Source: Dendrobates tinctorius
Taxonomy: Eukaryota
Direction of reading: 5' to 3'
DNA: 64,000 bases
Assembly (NCBI RefSeq): GCF_039654945.1
Contig: NW_027361840.1
Location: forward strand, 8,494,001 to 8,558,000
A program made the position numbers and the translations under genes. Below are positions 51,354 through 63,348 of the stretch, one piece after another. The notes below the pieces were generated by a model. The model searched no databases and was not told where the DNA came from. It was given only the letters and a program-made list of their open reading frames with translations. Each line of letters begins with the position of its first letter. Position 1 is the stretch's first letter.

Positions 51354-52749
51354 CTAGCTGAAGAGCCCGGCGCTGCCCGGGCATAGTAACTAACTGTGGT
51401 TAGTTATAACAAATTATAATTATCCTCCATCCCATAGTCCCATGCCCATATACCCATCATACATATCCTCCCTCCCATAGTCGAGTGCCCATATACCCAT
51501 CATACATCCTCCATCCCATAGTCCCATGCCCATATACCCATCATACATATTCGCCATCCCATAGTCCAGTGCCCATATACCCATCACACATCCTCCATCC
51601 CATAGTCCCGTGCCCATATACCCGTCATACATATTCGCCATCCCATAGTCTAGTGCCCATATACCCATCACACATCCTTCATCCCATAGTCCAGTGCCCA
51701 TATACCCATCATACATCCTCCATCCCATAGTCCCATGCCCATATACCCATCATACATATTCGCCATCCCATAGTCCAGTGCCCATATACCCATCACACAT
51801 CCTCCATCCCATAGTCCCGTGCCCATATACCCGTCATACATATCCTCCATCCCACAGGCCCGTGCCCATATACCCGTCATACATATTCTCCATCCCATAG
51901 TCCCGTGCCCATATACCCATCACACATCCTTCATCTCATAGTCCCATGCCCATATACCCATCATACATATCCTCCATCCCATAGTCCCGTGCCCATATAC
52001 CCATCATACATATCCGCCATCCCATAGTCCAGTGCCCATATACCCATCACACATCCTCCATCCCATAGTCCCGTGCCCATATACCCGTCATACATATCCT
52101 CCATCCCACAGGCCCATGCCCATATACTCATCATGGATATCCTCCATCCCATAGTCCAGTGCTCATATACCCGTCATACATATTCTCCATCCCATAGTCC
52201 CGTGCCCATATACCTATCATGCATATCCTCCATCCCACAGTCCCGTGCCCATATACCCATCATACATATCCTCCATCCCATAGTCCATTGCTCATATACC
52301 CATCATACATATCCTCCATCCCATAGGCCCATGCCCATATACCCGTCATACATATTCTCCATCCCACAGTCCAGTGCCCATATACCCATCACACATCCTC
52401 CATCCCATAGTCAACCATTATGACATCATAATGAGCGGCGGGGCTTGATGACATCAGCGTCGCCATGGCAACCATTGTGACATCATAATGAGGGGCGGGG
52501 CTTGACGCGCACACACTTTTCCCCCATTGTGTAGACAGTGGCAAAATTGTTTGGTGAATTGGAACGCGCGGGGTTAAAATTTTGCCTCACAACATAGCTT
52601 AGGACGCTCTCGGGGTCCAGACGTGTGACTGTGCCAAATTTTGTGGCTGTAGCTGCGACGGTGCGGATGCCTATCCCGGACATACACACACACACACATA
52701 CATACATACATACATACATACATACACACTTTGCGCTTTATATATTAGA
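51354..52749 (-). mobile_element. Non-autonomous Helitron with an internal 41-43-bp tandem array (about 51420-52410)
   Basis: On the minus strand it starts A|TCTAATATATAAAG followed by (GTAT)n, and ends with the hairpin GCCCGGGCAGCGCCGGGC then CTAG|T. No TSD. Confidence 0.85.
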
Positions 52750-53532
52750 TAATATATTACGCACACACCCCGGTATGGTCACTGCCAGCTCCGCAAAAAC
52801 AGAAGAACCACTTCTTGCTGCCACCACCAATCATTTATACAGGCCGACTGGACACCGGTTACAGGTGGCATATGGCTTCAGGGGTGCGGTTTATAGAGCA
52901 AAAGGAGCAGAGCTATTAAATGTAATATATTTAATCCAGAGAGATAGGCAGTGTTTATTAAAAATATACAAGATGACACAAAATGGGAACAACACAATAT
53001 GGTATTTAGAAATACATCAAATAAAAAGCATTATGAATGAAACTTACTAAACACTGGCCTCGGAAATGACTAGGAGCTTAGGGAAAGGAAGGTAAGGTAA
53101 GAGAAGCATTTTGAATGAAAAAATGGACAGAACCTCCACAGCGAACTATGTCTTCCAAGGGACCAAGACCCAAACCCAGTTTCTGCTTCTTATTAGCTCC
53201 TAAGTTGCGTCCACACACCTCTCCTTGATGACCTCATGTGGGGCAGATTTTATGAGATCCTCAGCTTACAAAATTTCTTCGCCTCTGAAGGTCCCAGGCG
53301 TTAGATTCTGACGTCATATTTTCTATTGTCATTTTTACCTTTTATATATAGAACAAAATTGACCAGATTCACATCCATAGGTCTGATATTAAGTTGGAGG
53401 AGTTCATCGCCCCACAGCGATGTGAGTGAATGCGTACCTTCACTATAATGCCGAAAAGCTATAGTGCATAAATATCAGATGCAAACTCCAATATTCTTTT
53501 TATGACCACTGGAATCGGCTGGTTTGTATCTG

Positions 53533-54080
53533 TGTTAGGGATTGGGTTCCGGTCGCTGCAAAGCAGGAATCCCGAGCCTTGCATTCGGCAGTCTCTCATT
53601 CCTCTCCGACCGCACAGGAGGTTGTTCAGCAGACTCATGGTCCAGGCGCTCTGCTCAGACCAGCTTTATAGAGTTGGTTGCTGCTGCCACCTCTGAGTCA
53701 GCTATAGCAACACATGCTGGTCAGCAGCGAGCTACTCCAGAGACTAAATCCTCCTTTCGGTCCACTGAGCATGTCCGTAGGGTGATCTCTCTTTGGAGAT
53801 CGGAGGTCACATGCTCAGGTCCTTCTCCAGCTCGGATTGGACCATCGGGAAGGTCCCGGAAGGATGCTGCTATAAAAGAGTCGCATGGCCGCACAGCCAT
53901 GCGCTAGTATAGACAAAGGTTAGACCATGTGGAGTGAGTGATGTATGCATGTGTGAATGTCTCTGGTGAATGACTTATTGGAAACCCCTACCCTTGGTAC
54001 GCATGTGTTGTGCAGCCTAGCCTTTATCAATTACAAACTATACAGGCGTGTCAGGGAATCCTGTGGATATTTAGTGAGGC
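53533..54080 (+). mobile_element. Truncated Gypsy-type LTR fragment
   Basis: Begins TGTTAGGG, has TATAAAAG near 53871 and LTR-like composition. No clear CA end or TSD; right boundary approximate. Confidence 0.45.
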
Positions 54081-54161
54081 ACGTCTCCGTATGGTCACTT
54101 TCACAAGAGTATGGGGTGTTAAAAGAGGAAAATCCCCAATGGTAAATAAGCCAGGGGACCT

Positions 54162-54410
54162 GGATGTGTGCACGTGCCTGGAGAAAGACGCAGCGTCCGG
54201 TTTACCTGCGGATTAGCCTGCGGTTTGACACCTGATCATGGAGCAGGTGTAAAAACGCTGCGGAATCCGCACAAAGAATTGTCATGCTGCGGATTAGAAA
54301 CCGCAGCAAATCCGCACGGAAAAATCCGCAGCATGTGCACAGTGTTTTTTGTTTTTCATAGATTTTTATGGTACAAAACCGCTGCGGATCCGTAGCATGT
54401 GCACATACCC
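54162..54410. mobile_element. Degenerate Harbinger-type MITE related to 25957-26311
   Basis: GGATGTGTGCAC..GTGCACATACCC|TAA with CCGCA/TGCGG repeats. Confidence 0.65.
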
Positions 54411-55065
54411 TAATAGTCCTAAAAGCCCCCACCTGCTGTCATCGTTCTGACTTGAATATAGCGCTCATCATTCCCCCCCGCTCTGCCGGCGATCAGAATG
54501 ATGAGAGCCGTCTTCAGCACCTGCCGCCGGGGAACAGCGGTTACTGTAGCGCTTCTTCCCTAGTGCCGATGCGTGTCACACGGATGACATCATTGTGCGT
54601 TCTCCGCGTGCACGTGCGCAGGATGGTTTGTCACCCGTGCTGTTGGTAAAAAAACGGACATGTCTACGTGTGATGCACATGGACACACGGTCCGTGGAAA
54701 CACACTAACGTGCACAGACCCTGGGTCCACATGTGTCAGTGTCTCCGGTACGGGTGAAAACTGTCACCACACACACCGGAGACACCGATGGAAAGAAGCC
54801 TAATGGTGTGGTAGAAAAAGGTGAACAAGCAACAAGAAATAAACCCGTGGAATAGATCTCTCTGTGTGTAATGACTGTAGAATAGAGGAGAGTCACTGTC
54901 TCTATTAAATTCACTTTTTGATGATCTTGTAATTTTGGGAGAAGCTCCTGTGTATCGCCGTCTCCTGTCCTCCTCAGCGGCGGCTGATCACAGAGAGCAG
55001 TAGGGTCGGGTGAGACCGTGTTCACATCCTGCAGTTTCTCACTTCTCTTCCGTTTCTCTTCGCAG

Positions 55066-55371
55066 TTGGAAGCTCCTGTTCTCCAGGGTCCATCTGATGA
55101 AGACCACAGAAAACAACAACTGGCTCCCAAATTCCCGGAGCCCCCCACCCCAAAACTGGAGCCCCTGCGGTTCCGGCGGCCGGCCCACGACCCGTGTAAG
55201 GCCATCATAGAAACCTCCCCGTATTACATCTACTTCAAGATCATCACCACAGAGGACGCGAGAAAGACGCAGGACAAGGATCTGAAGAGCGTCCTCAGTG
55301 AGCTGGTGGTCATTGATGAGGACCTGCCCCGGACCGCCAAGTACCGCCACTTCCGATCCTACGAACAGTGA
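55066..55371 (+). CDS. Candidate coding exon of the unrecognised host gene (about 101 aa)
   Basis: Strong acceptor CTTCTCTTCCGTTTCTCTTCGCAG|, phase 0 and compatible with exon 28157-28276. GC3-rich codons: LEAPVLQG..SPYYIYFKIITTED..DEDLPRTAKYRHFRSYEQ. It ends either at TGA or at a donor CA|GTGAGA (55367). Confidence 0.65.
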   Translation: MEAPVLQGPSDEDHRKQQLAPKFPEPPTPKLEPLRFRRPAHDPCKAIIETSPYYIYFKIITTEDARKTQDKDLKSVLSELVVIDEDLPRTAKYRHFRSYEQ

Positions 55372-57623
55372 GAGCAAGGCATCATGGGAAACTGCACCGG
55401 ATGGTGCAATCACTGCGGACTACCTTCGGACTATGGACTGTCCCCAGGAATCACCAGAAGCCTAAGACAGACATGACAGGCGCAACCTCGGTAGTCCCGA
55501 GCCCCATCCATCATCAGTATTACTCGGCATCACAGAATATTCGCTCTTATTCCCTTCTTTATCTGGTTTCCTTCTCATTCGCTGTACAGTAGGCTGCCCT
55601 TCCATGCTGCACAGACTTGATATCTGCTGTACAATAGACATTCTCTCTGTGCTGCAGAGACTTATCTTCTTGTGTACAGTAAACTCTCTTTGCTATGAAC
55701 TTGAATTATCTGCTGTACAGTAGACTGTCTTTTTATGCTACAAAGACTTGTATTTTCTGTACAATAAACTTTAAATAATGCACAGGTTTCTGTTATCTCC
55801 TGTACAGTGGACTGTCTGTTCATGCTACAGACTTGTATTATCTGATGTATGGCAGACTGACTCTCAATACTACATAGAACTGTATAATGAGCTCTACAAT
55901 AGACTGCTCCTCCATGCTGCACAGACTTGTTTTATCTGCTGTACAATAGACATTCTTTCTGTGCTGCACAGACTTGTATTATATTGTATACAGTAGACTT
56001 TCTATCTTTGCTATGAGCTGTACAGTAGACTGTCTTTTTAAGCTACACAGACTTATATTATTTTCTGTACAATACTTTCCCTAAATACTGCAGATTTCTA
56101 ATATCTGCTGTACAGTGGACTGTCTGTCCATGCTACAGACTTTTATTACCTGATGTACACCAGATTGTCTCTCTATGCTACATAGCATTGTATCATATGC
56201 TGTACAGTAGACTGTTTCTCCATGCTACATAGACTTGTTATCTTATGGACACTAGACTGATTCTCTGCTGCACAGATTTGTATTATCTGCTGCTTAATAC
56301 TTTCTCTCTATGCTGCACATTCTTATACAATCTGCTGTACAGTGGACTGCCTCGCTATGCTGCATACACTTCTAATGTCTGTTTACAATACACTTCCTCT
56401 CGATTACATACCGACTGTAGTATCTGCTGAACAGTAGCTAGTACAAGTCTGTGCCCTATAAGGTGACAATCTGCTATAGAATAAACTGCTTCTCCGTGCT
56501 GCACAGATGTGTATTAACTGCTGTACAGCACACTACTTCTTCATACTGCATAGATTTGTATTACATGCTATACAATAGATTGCCTCTCCAAGCTGCACAT
56601 TATTGTATTATCTGCTGTACTTTTCACAGCCTTACTATGCTGTACAGAATTATATTACCTCTTGTACAGTAGACTGCTTCTCCACACTGCACAGACTTGC
56701 ATTATGTGCAGTGCAATAGACTGCCTCTCCATACTACACATAGTTCTATTTTTCCCTTCACCCATGACAGCACCACATGAGAGAGGGATCCGCCCCGCCA
56801 GGACAGGAACCTACTGAAATATAAGGGGCGGCACCTCTCCCCCGCTTCAGTTGGGTTCCTGTCCTGGAGCGGGATCCCAGGCTGACAGCGGCGGTGCCTG
56901 CCATGGATGAAGACATGGACCCAGGGCCGTCCCGGCGCGGGAAAAGCAGGTCAGCTTACCTGCAGCGCTGGCCGTCGGCGCCTGGAAGCGCAGTCCCCGG
57001 GGTTCCTCCAGCAGGCCCCGGGTTCGTGCGGGTGCGGTAAGGCGGCCTCCATTCGGGGCGCTCCTCCGTGCCTCCCTCCCCCTGCGCGCGCGCCCGCTCG
57101 CTCCTTCTCCCTGGGACAGGGGAAGCCGGGCGCGACTTCCGGTGCCTGACGTCAGCGGCGCGGTGCAGCTTGGGTATGCGCCGGCTGACGTCACGGACGC
57201 GACGGACATGGCGCCTAGTGCGGCGCCGGCCACAAAAGAAGAAGAAAAAAAAAAAGAAGAAGAATGGCCGGCGGTCGCAGGGGGGAGGGTCAAAAGGATC
57301 GCACACCAGGGCCTATTTAAAGGAGGCAAGGAGCAGAACGGCCGGGCTGTTACAATGGGGTCACAGCAGGAACGCTCACCGTCCCCACTGTCTCTACCCC
57401 CGTCGCAGACCTCGGCACGGAAGCACGGTAGCCGTTCGAGCGGTAAGAGCAGCAGCCGTCCGAGCCATAGATCAAATGATTCCTCGAGATCGAGAGAACA
57501 CAGACCACATGCTCCAGCGCAGCCTTCCAGCCCGGTACCCGATTTTGTGGTTGGTGAGTGGATCTTCGTGAATGTTAGACCATTATTAATAGGGTCCTTT
57601 TTGTGTGTTATTTGCTTCCTTAG

Positions 57624-58859
57624 GTGAAAGGCAAAAAAGCAGGGAGCAAAAGAAATAATAGGGAGTGTGCGATATGCCAGAACCCCCTAGCGAAAGATTG
57701 GCAAAAAAACCTTTGCGTTAGCTGTATACAGCAAACAGTGGCGGAGGAAGTGCCGAGCCTAGCAACTCACCTCAGATCTGTCATAAAATCAGAGGTGGAA
57801 GGTTCACTTAAATTATTATTAAAGAAAAAGAAAAAAAGTAGAAGAAACTCCCCAAGTTCTTCATCAGACTCCTCCTCGTCCGAATATCAGGCTGAGCGCA
57901 TGTCCTCTTCCTCCTCGGATAGTGACACAGGGGGCAGACCGTGTTTTCCGGTTGAGGATACTGATAGTCTCCTTAAAGCCATTAGGTCAACTATGGGCCT
58001 TCAGGAGGAAAAAGCGACCAAATCCCTAGAAGATGTAATGTTTGGTGGGTTACAGGAAAGGAAGAAACGCACCTTTCCAGTTAATGAAAAAGTCCAGGCG
58101 CTCATCGAAAGGGAGTGGAAGAAGCCTGAAAAATCAGGTAGCCTTCCTTCCTCCTCAAAAAGGAGATATCCCTTTGACCCTAAGGATACGGAAATATGGG
58201 ACAAGGTCCCAAAAATCGATGCGGCAGTATCCAGGTCATCCAAAAGGTCGGCCCTGCCCCTAGAGGACTTAGGAGTACTAAGAGATCCACTAGATAAGAA
58301 AGCAGACTCCTACCTAAGGCATGCTTGGGAAGCAACAGCGGGAGGACTAAAACCTGCGATAGCCGGTACCTGTACAGCCCGGTCTTTAATGATCTGGCTA
58401 CAGCAGCTAGAAGAAAAAATTGCTTCCAAGATGTCTAGGGAGAAAATTTTAGGAGACATGTATCTGCTACACGGAGCAGCCGCCTTTTTAGCCGACACCT
58501 CGGCCGATTCCATGAGGTTGACGGCGAGAGCAGCGGGACTATCAAATGCTGCAAGGCGTGCGTTATGGCTTAAAGGGTGTCCGGGAGATCTACAATCAAA
58601 AGCCAAATTATGCTCCCTTCCATGTGATGGACAATTTCTCTTTGGAAAAAATCTGGACGAAATCCTAGAAAAAGCGGGTGATAAGAAGAAGGGCTTCCCA
58701 AGGTTTCAGGGAGATCAAAGAAGAACGCCCTTTCGGAGGGGGAAATTCAATAGAGGCCGGCCTCCGGGAGATCGGAAAAGATGGGAAGACAAGAGGAAGA
58801 AAGAGTCTGGATTCATGTTCGGGGGAGCCGCTTCATCCGCAAAAAAGTCCCCTCAATGA
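57624..58859 (+). CDS. DIRS ORF1 (Gag-like), main segment
   Basis: CAIC..CVSC zinc motif, Ser-rich tract, WDKVPKIDAAV, DPLDKK, ARRALWLK, LFGKNLD. Lacks its own ATG start. Confidence 0.85.
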   Translation: MKGKKAGSKRNNRECAICQNPLAKDWQKNLCVSCIQQTVAEEVPSLATHLRSVIKSEVEGSLKLLLKKKKKSRRNSPSSSSDSSSSEYQAERMSSSSSDSDTGGRPCFPVEDTDSLLKAIRSTMGLQEEKATKSLEDVMFGGLQERKKRTFPVNEKVQALIEREWKKPEKSGSLPSSSKRRYPFDPKDTEIWDKVPKIDAAVSRSSKRSALPLEDLGVLRDPLDKKADSYLRHAWEATAGGLKPAIAGTCTARSLMIWLQQLEEKIASKMSREKILGDMYLLHGAAAFLADTSADSMRLTARAAGLSNAARRALWLKGCPGDLQSKAKLCSLPCDGQFLFGKNLDEILEKAGDKKKGFPRFQGDQRRTPFRRGKFNRGRPPGDRKRWEDKRKKESGFMFGGAASSAKKSPQ

Positions 58860-60745
58860 CGCCGGCATCCCCGTAGGGGGGAGACTGATGCTGTTTGGTC
58901 AGGCCTGGGAAAATATATCTTCCAATACTTGGATTTTAAACATCATAAAGGAAGGTTTAAAATTCCCCTTTTTTCAACAGCCAAGAGCATCATTTGTGGT
59001 GACCCCCGTCAGGAGAGGGGTAGAAGAACAGTTGGCCTTAGAGGCAGAGATCCTAAGCCTGCTGGACAAACATGTCCTGATCGAGGTCCCAAGAGGACAG
59101 GAAAGAAGGGGTTTCTACTCGCCCCTCTTTCTAATAAAAAAACCGGATCATTCGTTCAGGACGATTATAAACCTGAGAGGCCTCAACCGTTGGATACAGA
59201 ACCAAACCTTCAAAATGGAGTCAGTGACTTCAGCTATAAGGCTGTTACACCACAACTGCTTCATGGCGGTGGTCGATCTAAAGGATGCTTACTACCACAT
59301 CCCGATCCATTCAGAATACCAAAAATACTTAAGGGTAGCGCTCTACATTCGGGGCAACCTCAAACATTTTCAGTTCAGAGCCCTTCCATTCGGCATATCC
59401 ATAGCACCGAGGGTGTTTACAAAAGTAGTTGCAGAGATGACAGCATTCCTCCGCATCCACAACACAATTATAATACCCTACCTAGACGATTTTCTAATTG
59501 TGGGCAACTCAGAACGTCACTGCACAGAGCAAGTAGAAAGGGTGATAGATACCCTACGGAATCTCGGCTGGATGGTGAATGTCAAGAAGTCAAGGCTACA
59601 ACCCTTACAAAGGCAAATGTTCTTAGGTTTCATCTTGGACTCAAATCAACAAATTTGTCTCTTACCAGACGCCAAGGTGGAAAAGGTAAGGGATATGATC
59701 TTGGCAACAATAGATCAACCTCACACGACCCTGAGAGGGGCAATGTCCTTGTTGGGCACTCTGACGGCCTGTATCCCAGCGGTCAGATGGGCACAATTTC
59801 ATACCCGTAAACTACAAGCAGAGGTCCTATCAGCACAGAAGTCGCTAAAAGGCTGTTTAGAAGGAAGGCTGGAACTTTCCGTAAAAACCAAAGGCTCTCT
59901 CAGATGGTGGCTAGACAGAGCAAACCTACTAACAGGGACATCGTGGCAGAAGCCAGTGTCCGACGTGATAATGACAGACGCAAGCTCCTCGGGGTGGGGA
60001 GCGCACCTAAGGGGACAGGTAGCCCAGGGACCCTGGGGACACCTAGAGCAAAACGCATCCTCCAACCTAAGAGAGCTACGGGCAGTAAACAGAGCCCTAA
60101 GGATATTCATGCCCACTCTAGAAGGCCGCAATGTCCGGATTATGTCGGACAACAGCACAACAGTAGCCTACATCAACCACCAGGGAGGGACAAGGTCACG
60201 CTCCCTAATGCTCGAAACCAACGAGATCTTTCACAGGGCAGAGAGACACCTACACTCCCTATCAGCCCTACACATCAGAGGGGTAGAAAACACACAAGCC
60301 GATTTCCTAAGCCGCAACACGCTAAAACAGGGGGAATGGACCCTGAATCGGGTAGTGTTCCAAAAGATAGTACATCTTTGGGGAGAGCCAATAATAGACC
60401 TCTTTGCCAAAGAAGCAACAGGCAGGTAAAAAGATTCTGTTCACTGAACCCAAAGGAAGAGCCATGGGCAGTGGACGCTTTGCAAATTCCGTGGGATTTC
60501 AAGCTAAGTTATGCCTTTCCTCCGGTAGCTCTAATCCCAGTAGTAGTGAAAAAGATAAGGCCAGAGTGATCTTAATAGCCCCGTTCTGGCCAAAAAGGCC
60601 ATGGTTCTCACTACTACAGATAATGTCCCTCTCAGATCCGTGGGTACTGCCAGAGATTCCAGACCTGCTAGCTCAGGGTCCGGTATTCCACACGCAAGTC
60701 AAGGGGTTCCATCTGACGGCGTGGAATTTGAAAGGTCACTTTTAA
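58855..60745 (+). pseudogene. DIRS ORF2 RT-RNase H-methyltransferase-like, with two frameshifts near the 3' end
   Basis: VGGRL, DLKDAY, LPFG, YLDD, TDASSSGWG, SDN. IDLFA, YAFPP and LIAPFWP are split across three frames at about 60410 and 60560. Confidence 0.9.
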
Positions 60746-61755
60746 GTAATAGAGGATTCTCCCCTGGGTTGGTGGCTACACTGATGAAAAGTAGGAATCC
60801 AGTAACAACTAATATATACGGTAGAATATGGAATACATTTCTGCAGTTTCTGGGGAAACCATTAGACCAAGAACCCCCGATCAAGACTATCTTAGAGTTC
60901 TTACAGGCAGGTCTACAGCTAGGCCTAGCGGTAAATACACTCAAAGTACAAGTTTCAGCGCTAGGCGCTCTATATAATTGTAACATAGCGGCAAACAGAT
61001 GGATAGCTAGGTTTATTAAATCCTGCCACAGGTCTAGACCAGTCCCATCGCAAAAAATGGCTCCCTGGGATTTAAACCTTGTGTTAGAAGCTCTCACAAA
61101 GGAACCATTTGAACCAGTACAACAACTATCAGTGAAATATCTTACCCTAAAAACCATTATTCTAGTGGCCCTTACATCGGCACGTAGGGTAAGTGACCTG
61201 CAGGCCCTATCAGTTAGTCCACCGTATACCCAGGTATACCAGGACAGAATTGTCCTAAAAACAGACCCTGCTTATTTACCGAAAGTGGTGTCGGATTTTC
61301 ACCGTAGCCAGGAAATCGTCCTCCCCTCCTTCTGTGAAAATCCGAAAAACCCAGGAGAGGAGAAATTCCATAATCTAGATGTGAAAAGAGCCCTCTTAGA
61401 GTATATATCAGTAACCAGCCAGTGGAGGAGGTCCCAGTCCCTATTTGTAGCCTTCCAGGGTGCCAGGAAAGGTTATGGAGTATCGAAAGGGACTATTGCC
61501 AGATGGATTAGGGAGGCCATTAGTGTAGCCTACTCAGCTAGTGGTGTTCCGATTCCTGATGGCATCAAGGCTCATTCCACCAGAGCCGTGGCGACCTCCT
61601 GGGCTGAAAAGGCAGAGGTATCAATTGAGCAAATTTGTAAGGCCGCTACCTGGGCCTCACCCTCAACCTTTTTTAAGCACTATAGATTAAATCTATCCTC
61701 CTCGGCTGACTTGACCTTTGGTAGAAGGGTGCTGCAAGCGGTGGTCCCTCCCTAA
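60601..61755 (+). CDS. DIRS tyrosine recombinase
   Basis: Catalytic residues are present: ARRVSDL, HSTR, ATW, FFKHY. Confidence 0.93.
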   Translation: MVLTTTDNVPLRSVGTARDSRPASSGSGIPHASQGVPSDGVEFERSLLSNRGFSPGLVATLMKSRNPVTTNIYGRIWNTFLQFLGKPLDQEPPIKTILEFLQAGLQLGLAVNTLKVQVSALGALYNCNIAANRWIARFIKSCHRSRPVPSQKMAPWDLNLVLEALTKEPFEPVQQLSVKYLTLKTIILVALTSARRVSDLQALSVSPPYTQVYQDRIVLKTDPAYLPKVVSDFHRSQEIVLPSFCENPKNPGEEKFHNLDVKRALLEYISVTSQWRRSQSLFVAFQGARKGYGVSKGTIARWIREAISVAYSASGVPIPDGIKAHSTRAVATSWAEKAEVSIEQICKAATWASPSTFFKHYRLNLSSSADLTFGRRVLQAVVPP

Positions 61756-63194
61756 GGTGTTTCGAAGTCTCCAAAAATCTCTCATGTGGTGCTGTCATGG
61801 GTGAAGGGAAAACCACCATGATTACTTACCGGTAGCCGGTTTTTCCGGAACCCATGACAGCACCCGTATATTCCCCCCCCTTTTTTCACCGTATGGGTGT
61901 GCACAATAGTCGGGTGTATTTGTGTGATGTGGTGTTGGATAAACATGTAACTAACCGGGAAGTCCTCTCAATGCTCTGTAATCCAACTGAAGCGGGGGAG
62001 AGGTGCCGCCCCTTATATTTCAGTAGGTTCCTGTCCTGGCGGGGCGGATCCCTCTCTCATGTGGTGCTGTCATGGGTTCCGGAAAAACCGGCTACCGGTA
62101 AGTAACCATGGTGGTATCTGCTATACACAAGATTGCCTCTGTATACTACACAGACTTGTATTAGCTGCGTACAGTACACTGCCTCTCCATACTGAATGAA
62201 CTTGTATTATCTACTGTACAGTAGACTGCCTCTCCATTCAGCACAGACTTGTGTTATCTGCTGTTCAGTAGATTGCATCTCCTTACTGCACAGAATTCTA
62301 TTATACAATAGATTATTTCTCCAATCTGCACATTCTTTGTTTATTTGCTGTACAGTAGACTGTCTCTCCATGATGTACAGAATTCTATTTGCTACCGTAC
62401 AGTAGACTGCCTCTCCATACTGCACAGAATTCAATTATCTGCTGTATAGTAGACTGCCTCTCCATATTGCATAGATTTGTACTACCTGTTGTACAGTAGA
62501 CTGCCTCTCCATACTGCACAGACTTGTATTACTTACAGTACATTAGAATGCCTCTCCATGCTGTTCAAAAGTCTATTATATGCTGTAAACTAGAATGCCT
62601 CACCATGCTGTATAGACGCGTACAACCTGCTGTACAGTAGACTGCCTCTCTGTACTGCACAGACTTGTATTGCCTGCTATACAGTAGAATGCCTCTCCAT
62701 ACTGTACAGAATTCTATTATCTGTTGTATAGTACAATGCCTCTCCATGCTAAATGGACTGGCACAACCTGCTGTACAGTAGAATACCTCTCTGTACTGCA
62801 CAGAATTCAATTACCTGCTGTACAGTAGAATGCTTCACCGTGGTGTATTGACTTGTACTACCTGCTGTACAGTAGAATGCCTCTCCATGCTGAATGGACT
62901 TGTTTCAAGTTCAACCATTTGTGTGCAATGAAAGCTTTCACCACACCTGAACCTTCCGGCTGCTTCATCTCTGCACAAACCACCGTGGAATCCGGGAGCT
63001 GAAATCAGCGTCATCGAGATACAGAAGTCGTGGCCGTCTCAAGCCTGCGGAGATCGTCTGTGTTTCTTCAGTTTGTTTCTAAGCTGTGAATCATTTGTTC
63101 CCTTCTTTTTCCTCTTTTTTCCCCCTCTCCGCTGTTTTGCCATTTTTGCTATCCTGTGACGGGGCTCAGAGCGTTCGCTGTTACTATACGACAG

Positions 63195-63312
63195 AGCTGG
63201 TGACGAGGAAACCTGTGAGGCCGACTTGGGGCATTTTTTTGCCAAAGAATTTGCACAAAGACTAAATCTCAAGGATAAACTTGTGGAGAAAAAGTTGAGC
63301 CACAAAATGTAA
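63195..63312 (+). CDS. Possible terminal coding exon of the host gene
   Basis: CAG| acceptor downstream of a long pyrimidine tract. Phase 2 matches the donor at 55367. AGDEETCEADLGHFFAKEFAQRLNLKDKLVEKKLSHKM* is followed immediately by AATAAA (63313-18). An upstream AG at about 63169 competes. Confidence 0.35.
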
Positions 63313-63348
63313 AATAAAAATGGTAATTTTGTATACGCCCCAGCTCTG

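Larger units (their letters stand above)
56750..62115 (+). mobile_element. DIRS tyrosine-recombinase retrotransposon, structurally complete
   Basis: Left ITR about 56750-56854, right ITR about 61983-62115, and an internal complementary region at 61779-61864 matching both termini. No TSD. Order gag, RT/RH/MT, YR. Confidence 0.96.
55580..62903. repeat. Old degenerate satellite (about 47-bp unit) split by the DIRS element (55580-56748 and 62116-62903)
   Basis: Recurring CTGCTGTACAGTAGACTGCCTCTCCATACTGCACAGACTTGTATTAT variants. Confidence 0.85.
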
